NCBI GenBank assembly: GCA_944329445.1
Contig: CALVIH010000001.1
Span: forward strand, 30,900-94,899
Source of the DNA: an uncultured Bacilli bacterium
GTDB taxonomy: Bacteria > Bacillota_I > Bacilli_A > RF39 > UBA660
Direction: 5' to 3'
DNA: 64,000 bases
Below are positions 20,341-28,777 of the stretch, one piece after another; positions within the stretch are counted from its first letter, which is position 1, and each line of letters begins with the position of its first letter. Under the pieces are notes generated by a model that was given only the letters and a program-made list of their open reading frames with translations, was not told the DNA's origin and ran no database searches. Position numbers and translations under genes: made by a program.

Positions 20341-20383
20341 TCATATTCTTCTTTTTTTTTAATATAATTTATCAGGAGGATTT

Positions 20384-20674
20384 ATGAATAAAGAAACTGA
20401 TAAAATAGAATCACTAAATCATAGAATAAGTATTACCGAAAGACAGAACATACAAATAAGTGGAGTAGTTAAAATAGATAGTTTTGATAATGAAGAATTT
20501 TTGCTTGAAACAACGATGGGTCCACTTGGAATAAAGGGTAAGGATCTTGAGATAATAAAGCTAGATACATACGAAGGAACAATAATGATAAAAGGTGTTA
20601 TAGATGCTTTCTCGTATTTTGATGCTTCAAAATCAAAAAAAGAAAACTCAGTTATTTCGAGGTTGTTTAAATAA
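20384..20674 (+). CDS. yabP: sporulation protein YabP
   Basis: ISGVVKIDSFDNEEFLLETTMGPLGIKG is near-identical in pattern to B. subtilis YabP. Confidence 0.9.
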   Translation: MNKETDKIESLNHRISITERQNIQISGVVKIDSFDNEEFLLETTMGPLGIKGKDLEIIKLDTYEGTIMIKGVIDAFSYFDASKSKKENSVISRLFK

Positions 20675-20946
20675 TGAATTTAGAAGAACAGTTTAAAGTA
20701 ATTTTTTATTCCTTTGTGTACGGGATGTTTTTTCTTGCAACAATCAAGTGTTTAAAAAAAATTCCATTTAAAAAAGTAGCAATTAGATTTATAGTATCGT
20801 TAGCATTTATGTTGTCCCATGTTTCTTTGTTCTATTACTTACTATATAAAATAAATGGTGGCATGCTTTCCTTCTATATAATATTATTTTTATCATTTGG
20901 TGCATTCTTTTGTCAGTTACTTTACTTCGGCGACAAAAAACATTGA
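20674..20946 (+). CDS. yabQ: spore cortex biosynthesis protein YabQ
   Basis: 90-aa polytopic membrane protein. Its start overlaps the yabP stop. yabP-yabQ-divIC synteny. Confidence 0.75.
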   Translation: MNLEEQFKVIFYSFVYGMFFLATIKCLKKIPFKKVAIRFIVSLAFMLSHVSLFYYLLYKINGGMLSFYIILFLSFGAFFCQLLYFGDKKH

Positions 20947-20996
20947 AATTTATGTAATATCTGTTATATAATAATCTTATAATGGAGATGATATAG

Positions 20997-21287
20997 ATGG
21001 CTGGACGATTAACTGCAAAAGAACGCCGTAGGATTGTGTTAACTTCAATTTTTTGTTTTTTTATAATTGGATTATCAGTTATATCATCGGTTAACAACAT
21101 TATGCAAATTGGTGAAAAGAAACAGGAAAAAAAGGAATTAACCCAAAGGTTAGAAGAATTAGAAGAGGAAGAAATAACATTAACTGATGACGTTGAAAAG
21201 TTAAAAAATCCAGAGTATGCTGCAAGGTATGCTAGGGAAAAATATTTATATTCTAAGAATGGAGAAAAAATTTTAAAGATAGATTAG
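20997..21287 (+). CDS. divIC: septum formation initiator (DivIC/FtsB family)
   Basis: Single TM helix, coiled coil, and C-terminal NPEYAARYAREKYLYSKNGEKI. Confidence 0.8.
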   Translation: MAGRLTAKERRRIVLTSIFCFFIIGLSVISSVNNIMQIGEKKQEKKELTQRLEELEEEEITLTDDVEKLKNPEYAARYAREKYLYSKNGEKILKID

Positions 21288-21309
21288 CAAGGATATGTCC
21301 TTGTTTTTT
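21287..21309 (+). terminator. rho-independent terminator after divIC
   Basis: gcaagga-tatg-tccttg followed by T6. Confidence 0.7.
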
Positions 21310-21349
21310 GCTTTTTATTATGATTTAATACTAATGGATGTGAGGTTAT

Positions 21350-21721
21350 ATGAACGTTAATTGTATAAATGCAGGTGTGTTAGCGTACTTAGGTGATTCT
21401 GTTTACGAAGTTGAAATAAGAAATTACTTGATATCTAACGGGATAAATAAACCAAATGAACTTCAAAAAAAGGCAACCGATTATGTTAGCGCACCATCTC
21501 AGGCGAAGATATTGGATGAGCTTTTAGATAAAAGCATTTTAAATGATGATGAGTTATACACCATTAACCGAGCAAGGAATTATAAACCAAATTCAAAGCC
21601 TAAACACACTGATATAAAAATATATAAAAAAGCAACGGCACTAGAGGCTTTATTTGGAATGCTTTATTTACAAGATAAACAAGAAAGAATAAAAGAAATA
21701 ATGAAAGATATATTAAGGTGA
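21350..21721 (+). CDS. mrnC: mini-ribonuclease III
   Basis: LAYLGDSVYE RNase III signature in a 123-aa protein. Lies upstream of rlmB-sigH as in Bacillus. Confidence 0.85.
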   Translation: MNVNCINAGVLAYLGDSVYEVEIRNYLISNGINKPNELQKKATDYVSAPSQAKILDELLDKSILNDDELYTINRARNYKPNSKPKHTDIKIYKKATALEALFGMLYLQDKQERIKEIMKDILR

Positions 21722-21725
21722 TAAT

Positions 21726-22430
21726 ATGTATGTGTTTGGAAAAAACGTAGCAAAAGAATTAATTAACAATAAAAAGAAAATTAAAAAAGCTTATGTTTTA
21801 GATACGTTAAAAGAAGATGATATAGCAAGAACGCTTGAAAATCAAAACGTAAACGTAAGTTACTTAAAAAGAAGTGATATGGATCGTTTAGAAAAGGGTA
21901 ATCATCAAGGTTTTATTATGCAAATCCCAGATTTTGAGTACTACGATGAAAAGAAGATGTTTGCAAATTTAAAAGACAACCCATTTATTTTAATACTTGA
22001 TCACTTGGAGGATCCTCATAACTTTGGTGCCATAATAAGAACCGCAGAAGCTGCAGGGGTGGACTACATAATAATTCCTAAAAACCGTAGTGTATCCGTT
22101 AATTCTACGGTAATGAAAACTAGTGTTGGTGCGTTAGATAACGTATGCATAGTAGAAGTTACCAACTTAAATAATACGATAAACAAGCTTAAGGAAAAAG
22201 GGGTTTGGATCGTTGGGACGGACATGGAAAATAGTGTTCCTTATGATGAGATAGATTATAAAACTCCAACGGCTTTAATAATAGGTAGTGAGGGTTTTGG
22301 AATGAGTAATTTAGTAAAAAAGAACTGTGATTTTATTGCAAAAATTCCAATGTATGGTAAAATAAATAGCCTAAACGCATCAGTTGCAGCCGGAATAATG
22401 ATATATGAAGTAGTAAGACAGCGAAAGTAG
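21726..22430 (+). CDS. rlmB: 23S rRNA (guanosine2251-2'-O)-methyltransferase, SpoU/TrmH family
   Basis: DPHNFGAIIRTAEAAG, IGSEGFGMS, and SLNASVAAGI. Confidence 0.9.
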   Translation: MYVFGKNVAKELINNKKKIKKAYVLDTLKEDDIARTLENQNVNVSYLKRSDMDRLEKGNHQGFIMQIPDFEYYDEKKMFANLKDNPFILILDHLEDPHNFGAIIRTAEAAGVDYIIIPKNRSVSVNSTVMKTSVGALDNVCIVEVTNLNNTINKLKEKGVWIVGTDMENSVPYDEIDYKTPTALIIGSEGFGMSNLVKKNCDFIAKIPMYGKINSLNASVAAGIMIYEVVRQRK

Positions 22431-22435
22431 GTGGG

Positions 22436-23071
22436 ATGATGGCAATAAAAAAAGAATATAATGATTATGAGAATGATTCGGAATTATTATATTTGATTTC
22501 TGATAACAACGAGGAAGCAAACGAGGCTATCTATAAAAAGTATGAACCAGTAATATCTTACTACGCAAAGAAATATAGTGTTTATGTAGAAGGAAAGGGT
22601 ATCGATTATAATGATTTATATCAAGAAGGTTTAATAGGCCTTATAGGGGCTATTAAATCATTCAAAGAAAAGCGCGACATAAAGTTTTCTACCTTTGCTT
22701 TCATGTGTATAAAAAGGAAAATGATAACGGCGGTTAAAAACGCAAACCGAAAAAAACATAGTATTTTAAACGAATCATATTCTTTGGATTATAAACAAGA
22801 CGAAGATGATTTAAGGGGATTTGATAACGTTTTATCAGTTAATACTGGTGGTTTAGAGGATCTTTTAGTTAGTAAGGAAAATAACGAAATATTTAACAAA
22901 AGGCTAAACGAAGAATTAACCGATTTTGAAAAAATGGTATATGAACTTAGAATAAATAATTTTTCTTATGAAGAGATTGCGGGTACTCTTGGTAAAACCA
23001 TTAAGTCTGTTTCTAGTGCACTTGAAAGAATAAGAGTTAAATTGAAAAGTATTTTAAACGAAATAAATTGA
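22436..23071 (+). CDS. sigH: RNA polymerase sporulation sigma factor SigH
   Basis: Sigma-70 region 2 (DLYQEGLIGLIGAIKSF) and region 4 HTH. Sits immediately upstream of secE-nusG as in Bacillus. Confidence 0.8.
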   Translation: MMAIKKEYNDYENDSELLYLISDNNEEANEAIYKKYEPVISYYAKKYSVYVEGKGIDYNDLYQEGLIGLIGAIKSFKEKRDIKFSTFAFMCIKRKMITAVKNANRKKHSILNESYSLDYKQDEDDLRGFDNVLSVNTGGLEDLLVSKENNEIFNKRLNEELTDFEKMVYELRINNFSYEEIAGTLGKTIKSVSSALERIRVKLKSILNEIN

Positions 23072-23151
23072 CTATTTATATAATTTGTGCTACTATCTAA
23101 GTAGTTAGCACTTCTTAAGTGTTTTTATTTTGGATTAATAGGAGAACTAGT

Positions 23152-23373
23152 ATGGCAAAGAAAAAACAAAAGAAAAGAGGTTTATTTACGTTTTTAAAAG
23201 ATTATTTTATTGACGTAAAAAAAGAAGCTGGAAAGGTAATATGGACATCGAAGAAAAACTTGTTTAAGTATTCGGTTGCAACCCTTGTATTCATGTTATT
23301 TATATGTTTATTTTTCGTTGGAACTGACTTAATAATAGCATTAATATCTTACGTAAAGGAGTTAATTGGTTAG
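23152..23373 (+). CDS. secE: preprotein translocase subunit SecE
   Basis: ATG at 23152 follows ggag. Basic N-terminus, DVKKEAGKVIWTSKK, and a single TM helix. Precedes nusG. Confidence 0.9.
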   Translation: MAKKKQKKRGLFTFLKDYFIDVKKEAGKVIWTSKKNLFKYSVATLVFMLFICLFFVGTDLIIALISYVKELIG

Positions 23374-23374
23374 T

Positions 23375-23917
23375 ATGGAAGAAGAAAAGAAATGGTACGT
23401 AGTAAACACTTATTCTGGACACGAATCAAAGGTTAAAGAAAAACTAGACATGAGAATCAACTCTATGGAAATGCAAGAAAACATTTTTAGAGTAATCGTT
23501 CCAGAAAGAAAAGAAGTAGAAATAAAAGATGGTAAGAAAAAAGAGAAGATTAAAAAATTATTCCCTGGTTATGTGTTAGTAGAAATGATTATGTCGGACG
23601 AGTCTTGGTACATCGTACGTAACACACCGGGTGTAACTGGATTTTTAGGATCGTCTGGTAAGGGTGCAAAACCAATTCCTTTACAAGATGATGAGGTCGA
23701 AAGAATATTTAAAGAAATCGGTTATACTGGTGAAAACGTAGTGGTTAACTACGAAGTTGGTGATAACGTTAAAATTACTGATGGGCCATTTAAAATGCTT
23801 GCTGGTAAGATTATTGAACTTAACACTGACGAAGGTAAAGCAACGGTTTCGATAGACTTGTTTGGCCAAGAAACGAACGTTGAATTAGAATTAACCCAAT
23901 TTACAAAGGAAAATTAA
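23375..23917 (+). CDS. nusG: transcription termination/antitermination factor NusG
   Basis: KKWYVVNTYSGHE NGN domain and a KOW domain (GDNVKITDGPF). The start could also be the TTG at 23366. Confidence 0.95.
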   Translation: MEEEKKWYVVNTYSGHESKVKEKLDMRINSMEMQENIFRVIVPERKEVEIKDGKKKEKIKKLFPGYVLVEMIMSDESWYIVRNTPGVTGFLGSSGKGAKPIPLQDDEVERIFKEIGYTGENVVVNYEVGDNVKITDGPFKMLAGKIIELNTDEGKATVSIDLFGQETNVELELTQFTKEN

Positions 23918-24076
23918 TAAAAAAGCACTTGCTTTTATCATGTATGCTGTGATAAAATGTTAGTCGCAGCTATATGTTTATATAGATGATGAAAGAAAAA
24001 TTAGTGGGAGGCGCGGATTTAAAAATAAAAGCTATTTGACCACTCGCGAAAAAATAATTTATAGGAGGTGTTTTTC

Positions 24077-24502
24077 GTGGCAAAGGAATTAGTAAGAAAG
24101 TTAAAATTACAATTACCAGCAGGTAAAGCTACACCTGCTCCACCAGTAGGTACCGCACTTGGACCTTTGGGCGTTAACTCTGGTGAATTTTGTGTTAAAT
24201 ATAATGACGCAACTAAAGATAAGATGGGAGATATAGTTCCGGTTGAAATATCAGTTTATGATGATAGAAGTTTTGAACTTAGATTCTTAACTCCACCAAC
24301 CGCATTCTTAATTAAAAAAGTTGCTAAGATTAAAAAGGGTTCTACAAAAGGGTCTTCAGAAATTGTTGGTTCTTTAACAAGTGCTCAATTAAAAGAGATT
24401 GCTGAGATCAAGTTACCTGATTTAAACGCATATACTGTAGAAGATGCTATGAAAATAGTTGCAGGTACTGCAAAAAACATGGGTATTGAAATCAAAGATT
24501 AA
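24077..24502 (+). CDS. rplK: 50S ribosomal protein L11
   Basis: GTG start 8 nt after aggagg. KLQLPAGKATPAPPVGTALGP. Confidence 0.95.
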   Translation: MAKELVRKLKLQLPAGKATPAPPVGTALGPLGVNSGEFCVKYNDATKDKMGDIVPVEISVYDDRSFELRFLTPPTAFLIKKVAKIKKGSTKGSSEIVGSLTSAQLKEIAEIKLPDLNAYTVEDAMKIVAGTAKNMGIEIKD

Positions 24503-24582
24503 TAAAATAATAAAAATATAAGTCATATAGATTTATCTATGTGGGAGGAAAATCCGCTATATACCACAAGGAGGTTGTGAAA

Positions 24583-25281
24583 ATGAAAAAGAAAAGTAAG
24601 AAGTATACTGAAGCTTTAAGTAAATTAGAAAAAGGTAAGTTATACTCGCTTGAGGAAGCCGTAAAGTTAGTCAAAGAAACTTCTACATCTAAGTTTGATG
24701 GAACGGTAGAAATAGCTGTTAGATTAAACTTAGATACAAAGAAAAATGACCAACAATTAAGAGGTGCAATAGTATTACCTCACGGAACTGGTAAGGCTAA
24801 GAAGGTATTAGTATTAGCTAAAGGTGACGCTGCTAAGGCTGCTAGTGAAGCTGGTGCTGATTTCGTTGGTGACGTTGATATGATTAATAAAATTGAAAAG
24901 GAAAACTGGTTCGAGTTTGACGTAATCATAGCAACACCAGAAATGATGCCAATGCTTGGTAAATTAGGTAAGGTTTTAGGACCAAAAGGTTTAATGCCAA
25001 ACCCAAAAACTGGTACTGTTACAATGGATACTAAGAAGGCCGTTGAAGACGTTAAAAAAGGACGTGTTGAATACAGGACTGATTCATACGCTAACGTACA
25101 CGCATTGGTTGGTAAGGTTTCTTTTGACGATGAAAAGTTAGTTGATAACATTAATGCCTTCATGGACGTTATCATAAAATCAAAACCACAAGCAGCTAAG
25201 GGAACTTACTTAAAGAATGTTTCTATAGCTTCAACGATGGGTCCAGGAATCAAAATTGATTTAAACTCATTTGACAAATAA
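24583..25281 (+). CDS. rplA: 50S ribosomal protein L1
   Basis: ATG at 24583 follows aggagg. [15 protein letters not shown] and [15 protein letters not shown]. Confidence 0.95.
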   Translation: MKKKSKKYTEALSKLEKGKLYSLEEAVKLVKETSTSKFDGTVEIAVRLNLDTKKNDQQLRGAIVLPHGTGKAKKVLVLAKGDAAKAASEAGADFVGDVDMINKIEKENWFEFDVIIATPEMMPMLGKLGKVLGPKGLMPNPKTGTVTMDTKKAVEDVKKGRVEYRTDSYANVHALVGKVSFDDEKLVDNINAFMDVIIKSKPQAAKGTYLKNVSIASTMGPGIKIDLNSFDK

Positions 25282-25337
25282 TAACAAATAATATAAAATA
25301 TTGATGGTTAAAGCAACAAAGCTTTAATTATAAAGTA

Positions 25338-25450
25338 CCAAAGACAGTAGGAGCGAGATATTCGCGTAACTATATTCCTACCGAGGACGAAACTTAAATA
25401 ATAGAATTTTAAGGTCTTCATGTCTGCGGATAGTGGAGACCTTTTAATTT
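25338..25450 (+). promoter_or_regulatory. L10 (rplJ) leader autoregulatory RNA with attenuator hairpin
   Basis: caaagacagtagga...tcctaccgagg helix (25347-25352 / 25376-25381) encloses the gcga-gatat-tcgc hairpin. It is followed by the stem aaggtct(25411)...agacctt(25443) and a T-run, directly upstream of rplJ. Confidence 0.6.
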
Positions 25451-25487
25451 ATAAGGTACTTATTATACTAGCAAAGGAGGAATAACA

Positions 25488-25982
25488 ATGGCAAACCAAG
25501 CTATAATCGCTAAAAAAGAAGAAGTTGTTAATGAAATAGCAGAACGTGTTAAGGCGTCCGCAAGCGCTATTTTATTTGATTACCGTGGTTTAACTGACGC
25601 AGAAATAACTGATTTACGTCGTAAATTACGTGAACAAGATGCTTCTTATAAAGTATACAAAAATACTTTAACAAAAAGAGCGTTTGACAAACTATCTATT
25701 AATTTAGATGAATGCCTTGAAGGTCCATCTGCAATTGCTACTTCAAGCGATGCTATAGCACCTATTAAGGTATTAGCAGACTTTGCTAAGGATCATCCTG
25801 CACTTGAATTAAAGGGTGGAATAGTTGATGGAAAAGAAACTAGCCTAGCAGAGTTAAATGAATTAGCAACCGTTCCATCAAGAGACGGATTACTTACTAT
25901 GTTCGCTGCTGGATTAATGGAACATGTTAAGAACGTTGCTATATGTCTTGACTTACATAGTCAAAATTTAGAAGAAGAATAA
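25488..25982 (+). CDS. rplJ: 50S ribosomal protein L10
   Basis: Sequence and position between rplA and rplL. Confidence 0.95.
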   Translation: MANQAIIAKKEEVVNEIAERVKASASAILFDYRGLTDAEITDLRRKLREQDASYKVYKNTLTKRAFDKLSINLDECLEGPSAIATSSDAIAPIKVLADFAKDHPALELKGGIVDGKETSLAELNELATVPSRDGLLTMFAAGLMEHVKNVAICLDLHSQNLEEE

Positions 25983-26006
25983 TAAAAAAATAGGAGGAAA
26001 ATAAAA

Positions 26007-26375
26007 ATGGCAAAATTAAGTACACAAGAAATTATTGATGCAATAAAAGAAATGAAAATTCTTGAAGTTAAAGAATTAGTAGACGCTATGAAAGAGGAAT
26101 TTGGTGTTGATCCATCAGCTGTTGCTGTTGCTGCTGCACCTGCTGCTTCAGCTGCTGCTGAAGAAAAAACTGATGCTACAGTAGTATTAAAGGATGCTGG
26201 ATCAGCTAAGATCCAAGTAATTAAAGCAATCAGAGATATTACTGGTTTAGGATTAATGGAAGCTAAAAAGTTAGCTGACGAAGGTGGAAACATTAAAGAA
26301 AATGCTCCAATGGAAGAAGCTAACGAAATTAAAGCTAAGTTAGAAGAAGCTGGCGCTACTGTTGAACTTGCATAA
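26007..26375 (+). CDS. rplL: 50S ribosomal protein L7/L12
   Basis: Ala-rich hinge [16 protein letters not shown] and C-terminal domain [17 protein letters not shown]. Confidence 0.97.
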   Translation: MAKLSTQEIIDAIKEMKILEVKELVDAMKEEFGVDPSAVAVAAAPAASAAAEEKTDATVVLKDAGSAKIQVIKAIRDITGLGLMEAKKLADEGGNIKENAPMEEANEIKAKLEEAGATVELA

Positions 26376-26395
26376 GTTAGTTAAATAAGTACTTA

Positions 26396-26423
26396 AAGAA
26401 CTACAAATCGTGGTTCTTTTTTT
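26396..26423 (+). terminator. rho-independent terminator after rplL
   Basis: aagaactac-aaatc-gtggttctt followed by T7. Confidence 0.7.
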
Positions 26424-26587
26424 GATTTTTAAGACTTTTGAAATATTTGATTTTAGAGAAGTTATCTTGTTTTATGGGTTATCTATTATATATTTATAAA
26501 GCAGCAACTAAGACAAATAATAAAGTAAATACAAAGAAATAGTAAGGTTATAAAAGGATATGAATTATTTCGTATTCTTTTTATTTA

Positions 26588-26596
26588 TGTTATAAT
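26588..26596 (+). promoter_or_regulatory. extended -10 promoter element upstream of the fic gene
   Basis: tg-t-tataat is a perfect TGnTATAAT, located 21 nt upstream of the ATG at 26617. The -35 element is weak. Confidence 0.4.
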
Positions 26597-26616
26597 TATT
26601 TAAACGGAGGGATATT

Positions 26617-27288
26617 ATGTTTGATTTTATAATTTCTAATAAAGATTACATGCAAGATTTTATAACTCGTAGTACTTATCATTCAAACGCAATTGAGGGA
26701 AGTACTTTAACATACGCAGAAACCTATGCGATAATCTATAATGATAATAATTTTAAAATAAATAATAAGGAACCTAGAGAAATATATGAAGCTATAAATC
26801 ATAAAAAAGCTCTTTTATATGTTTTTGATAACATAAATAATCCATTAAGTGAATCTTTAATAAAAAATATAAATAAGATTATAAATCAAGATATAAAGTA
26901 TATAGAAGGTTATAGAAAAATAAACGTTATAATAAAAGGAAGTGAACATATTCCTCCAAAGAGTTCTTTAGTGGCTAATATGATGTTTTACTTTGTTTAT
27001 AATTATAATAACGAAGTGGTAGATGATCTATTTGAAAAAATAGCAAAGTATCATATTGAATTTGAAAAAATTCATCCTTTTGAAGATGGCAATGGTAGAA
27101 CAGGAAGACTTCTTATTAATTATGAATTACTAAAAAATAATGTTGCTCCTGTAGTTATAGAAACTAGTGATAGAGTTAAATACTTTGAATTATTAAGAAA
27201 AGAAGATATAAAAGGATTATCAGAGTTTTTAAAAGAATTATCATCAAAAGAACTAGAAAGAATGAAAACTTTAGGATATAAGGAATAG
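26617..27288 (+). CDS. Fic-domain protein (AMPylase-type) with N-terminal inhibitory motif
   Basis: Canonical active-site motif HPFEDGNGRTGR. The motif SNAIEG, matching (S/T)xxxE(G/N), lies N-terminal to it (class II arrangement). Confidence 0.85.
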   Translation: MFDFIISNKDYMQDFITRSTYHSNAIEGSTLTYAETYAIIYNDNNFKINNKEPREIYEAINHKKALLYVFDNINNPLSESLIKNINKIINQDIKYIEGYRKINVIIKGSEHIPPKSSLVANMMFYFVYNYNNEVVDDLFEKIAKYHIEFEKIHPFEDGNGRTGRLLINYELLKNNVAPVVIETSDRVKYFELLRKEDIKGLSEFLKELSSKELERMKTLGYKE

Positions 27289-27293
27289 TTATT

Positions 27294-27878
27294 ATGGCAC
27301 ATTATTTTACAAATGATGAAAATTTAAAATCTGAAATTAAAAAGGTAAATATAGTTATCAACGATATTAATTATTATTTTTATACTGATAATGGTGTATT
27401 CTCTAAAGGAGAGTTGGATTTTGGTACGGAGTTACTTTTAAAAAACTTTGTGTATACTTATCCACAGGAAAAAGTGATTCTTGATATAGGATGTGGGTGT
27501 GGACCAATAGGAATATATGCATCAATTTTAGGTTTTGCTGTGGATATGTCTGACGTTAATAAAAGAGCGATTCATTTATCAAAAATGGCTTTAAAAGAAC
27601 AAGGGTTAAATGCTAACGTATTTTTATCTGATGCATATGAAAACATAGATAAAAAATATGATTACATAGTATCTAATCCACCAATTAGAGTTGGAAAAAA
27701 GAAATTATATGAAATAATAATGGGTGCTAAAGAGCATTTAAAAGAAAATGGTGAGCTTTGGTTGGTAGTAAGAAAAAGGCAGGGAGCAGAATCATTAATT
27801 AGGGATATGAAAGAAGTATATAATAACGTTGAAGTAGTTACAAAGAAAAAAGGTTTTTATATAATTAAAGCATATTGA
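27294..27878 (+). CDS. ybxB: class I SAM-dependent methyltransferase, RsmC/YbxB-like
   Basis: DIGCGCGPIG SAM motif and NPPIRVG. Occupies the conserved ybxB slot between rplL and rpoB in Bacillota. Confidence 0.8.
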   Translation: MAHYFTNDENLKSEIKKVNIVINDINYYFYTDNGVFSKGELDFGTELLLKNFVYTYPQEKVILDIGCGCGPIGIYASILGFAVDMSDVNKRAIHLSKMALKEQGLNANVFLSDAYENIDKKYDYIVSNPPIRVGKKKLYEIIMGAKEHLKENGELWLVVRKRQGAESLIRDMKEVYNNVEVVTKKKGFYIIKAY

Positions 27879-27914
27879 CAGGTCGTTAATGCAATGTTAG
27901 TGTGAGGTGATAAA

Positions 27915-28607
27915 ATGGGACTTATAAGTAGTGCAAATTATTTAGTACAACTATATTATAAAACTGGAGAAAATTATAAACTTACTCGTAATAAATTACA
28001 ATGCCTATTAATTATCGCGGAACTGTGTCACATGAAATGCGGAAGAAGGAAATATGAAGTACCAATAAGTTTTTATTATAATGAGTTGTATGGTTTTAAA
28101 AAGATATCATTTGATGTACTTTCTAGCTTTTATGTTAGTGACATTGTAATTGGCAAACAAAATGAAGATGGCATTATAAAACATCAGATAAATAATGATG
28201 TTAAGACTTATCCTAAAAGATATGAAACTAACAACATATCTAAAGAGGAGTGTGCGCTATTAGATGAGATTTTTAATCAGTATGGTAATTGTAGTGTTTC
28301 AATTTTAAGTAGGTTAATAGATAGTCTCTTAAAAGAAGTAATTGAAAGGCATCTTAAACAAAACAAGTTTAATGGCCTTGTTGATTATGAAATGCCTTCG
28401 AGGGCAATCATTTTTGATTCTGTCAAATTTAAATACTATGAGATTACTTCTTCAAAATTAGTATCAGATTTCTTTGCCTTAAGTGATGAAGATGCCGATT
28501 ATTCTAACGATTCTCTGTTTGGTTTTATATCGGAACAAGCTGATACAAACGTAAATGATTCGGGTTCTTATTATAAAAAAAGAAGATTAAATAAGGTTAG
28601 TATATAA
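27915..28607 (+). CDS. hypothetical protein with weak DUF4065/Panacea (SocA-like) N-terminal signature
   Basis: N-terminal SANYLVQLYY....LTRNKLQCLLIIAE resembles the ANYF....T.LKLQKLLY pattern of DUF4065 proteins. The rest of the protein is unrecognisable. Confidence 0.3.
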   Translation: MGLISSANYLVQLYYKTGENYKLTRNKLQCLLIIAELCHMKCGRRKYEVPISFYYNELYGFKKISFDVLSSFYVSDIVIGKQNEDGIIKHQINNDVKTYPKRYETNNISKEECALLDEIFNQYGNCSVSILSRLIDSLLKEVIERHLKQNKFNGLVDYEMPSRAIIFDSVKFKYYEITSSKLVSDFFALSDEDADYSNDSLFGFISEQADTNVNDSGSYYKKRRLNKVSI

Positions 28608-28635
28608 CACGTTAAAATACATATTTACTTTTAAA

Positions 28636-28668
28636 GCACAAATAGATCTAAAATATTTGTGTTTTTTT
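28636..28668 (+). terminator. rho-independent terminator
   Basis: gcacaaata-gatctaaaa-tatttgtg followed by T7. Confidence 0.75.
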
Positions 28669-28678
28669 GTGAAATGTA

Positions 28679-28707
28679 TTGACAACGCTGGTTTTTTCTT
28701 GTAATAT
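28679..28707 (+). promoter_or_regulatory. sigma-A-type promoter for rpoBC
   Basis: ttgaca (28679-28684), 17-nt spacer, taatat (28702-28707). Confidence 0.55.
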
Positions 28708-28777
28708 TTTAAATTGGTATTGTGTCTTTAATTTTAGACATGTTCTTTAAAAATTTATAGTTTAGGGGTGGAAATGC

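Noticed and set aside
23072-23151. Expected rpmGB (L33) between sigH and secE, as in B. subtilis.
   Set aside because: The gap is 80 nt and contains only a bulged hairpin (gtgctacta...tagttagcac) with a T-rich tail. There is no ORF of L33 type.
25961-26293. A 110-aa minus-strand ORF antisense to rplL. Similar long antisense ORFs occur at 3719-4138, 6144-6521, 17167-17505, 24780-25175, 38876-39184, 51028-51387, 53914-54231 and 54322-54681.
   Set aside because: All lie entirely inside strongly supported sense-strand genes, lack RBSs, and translate to S/L/I/F-rich low-complexity sequence typical of shadow frames in AT-rich genomes.
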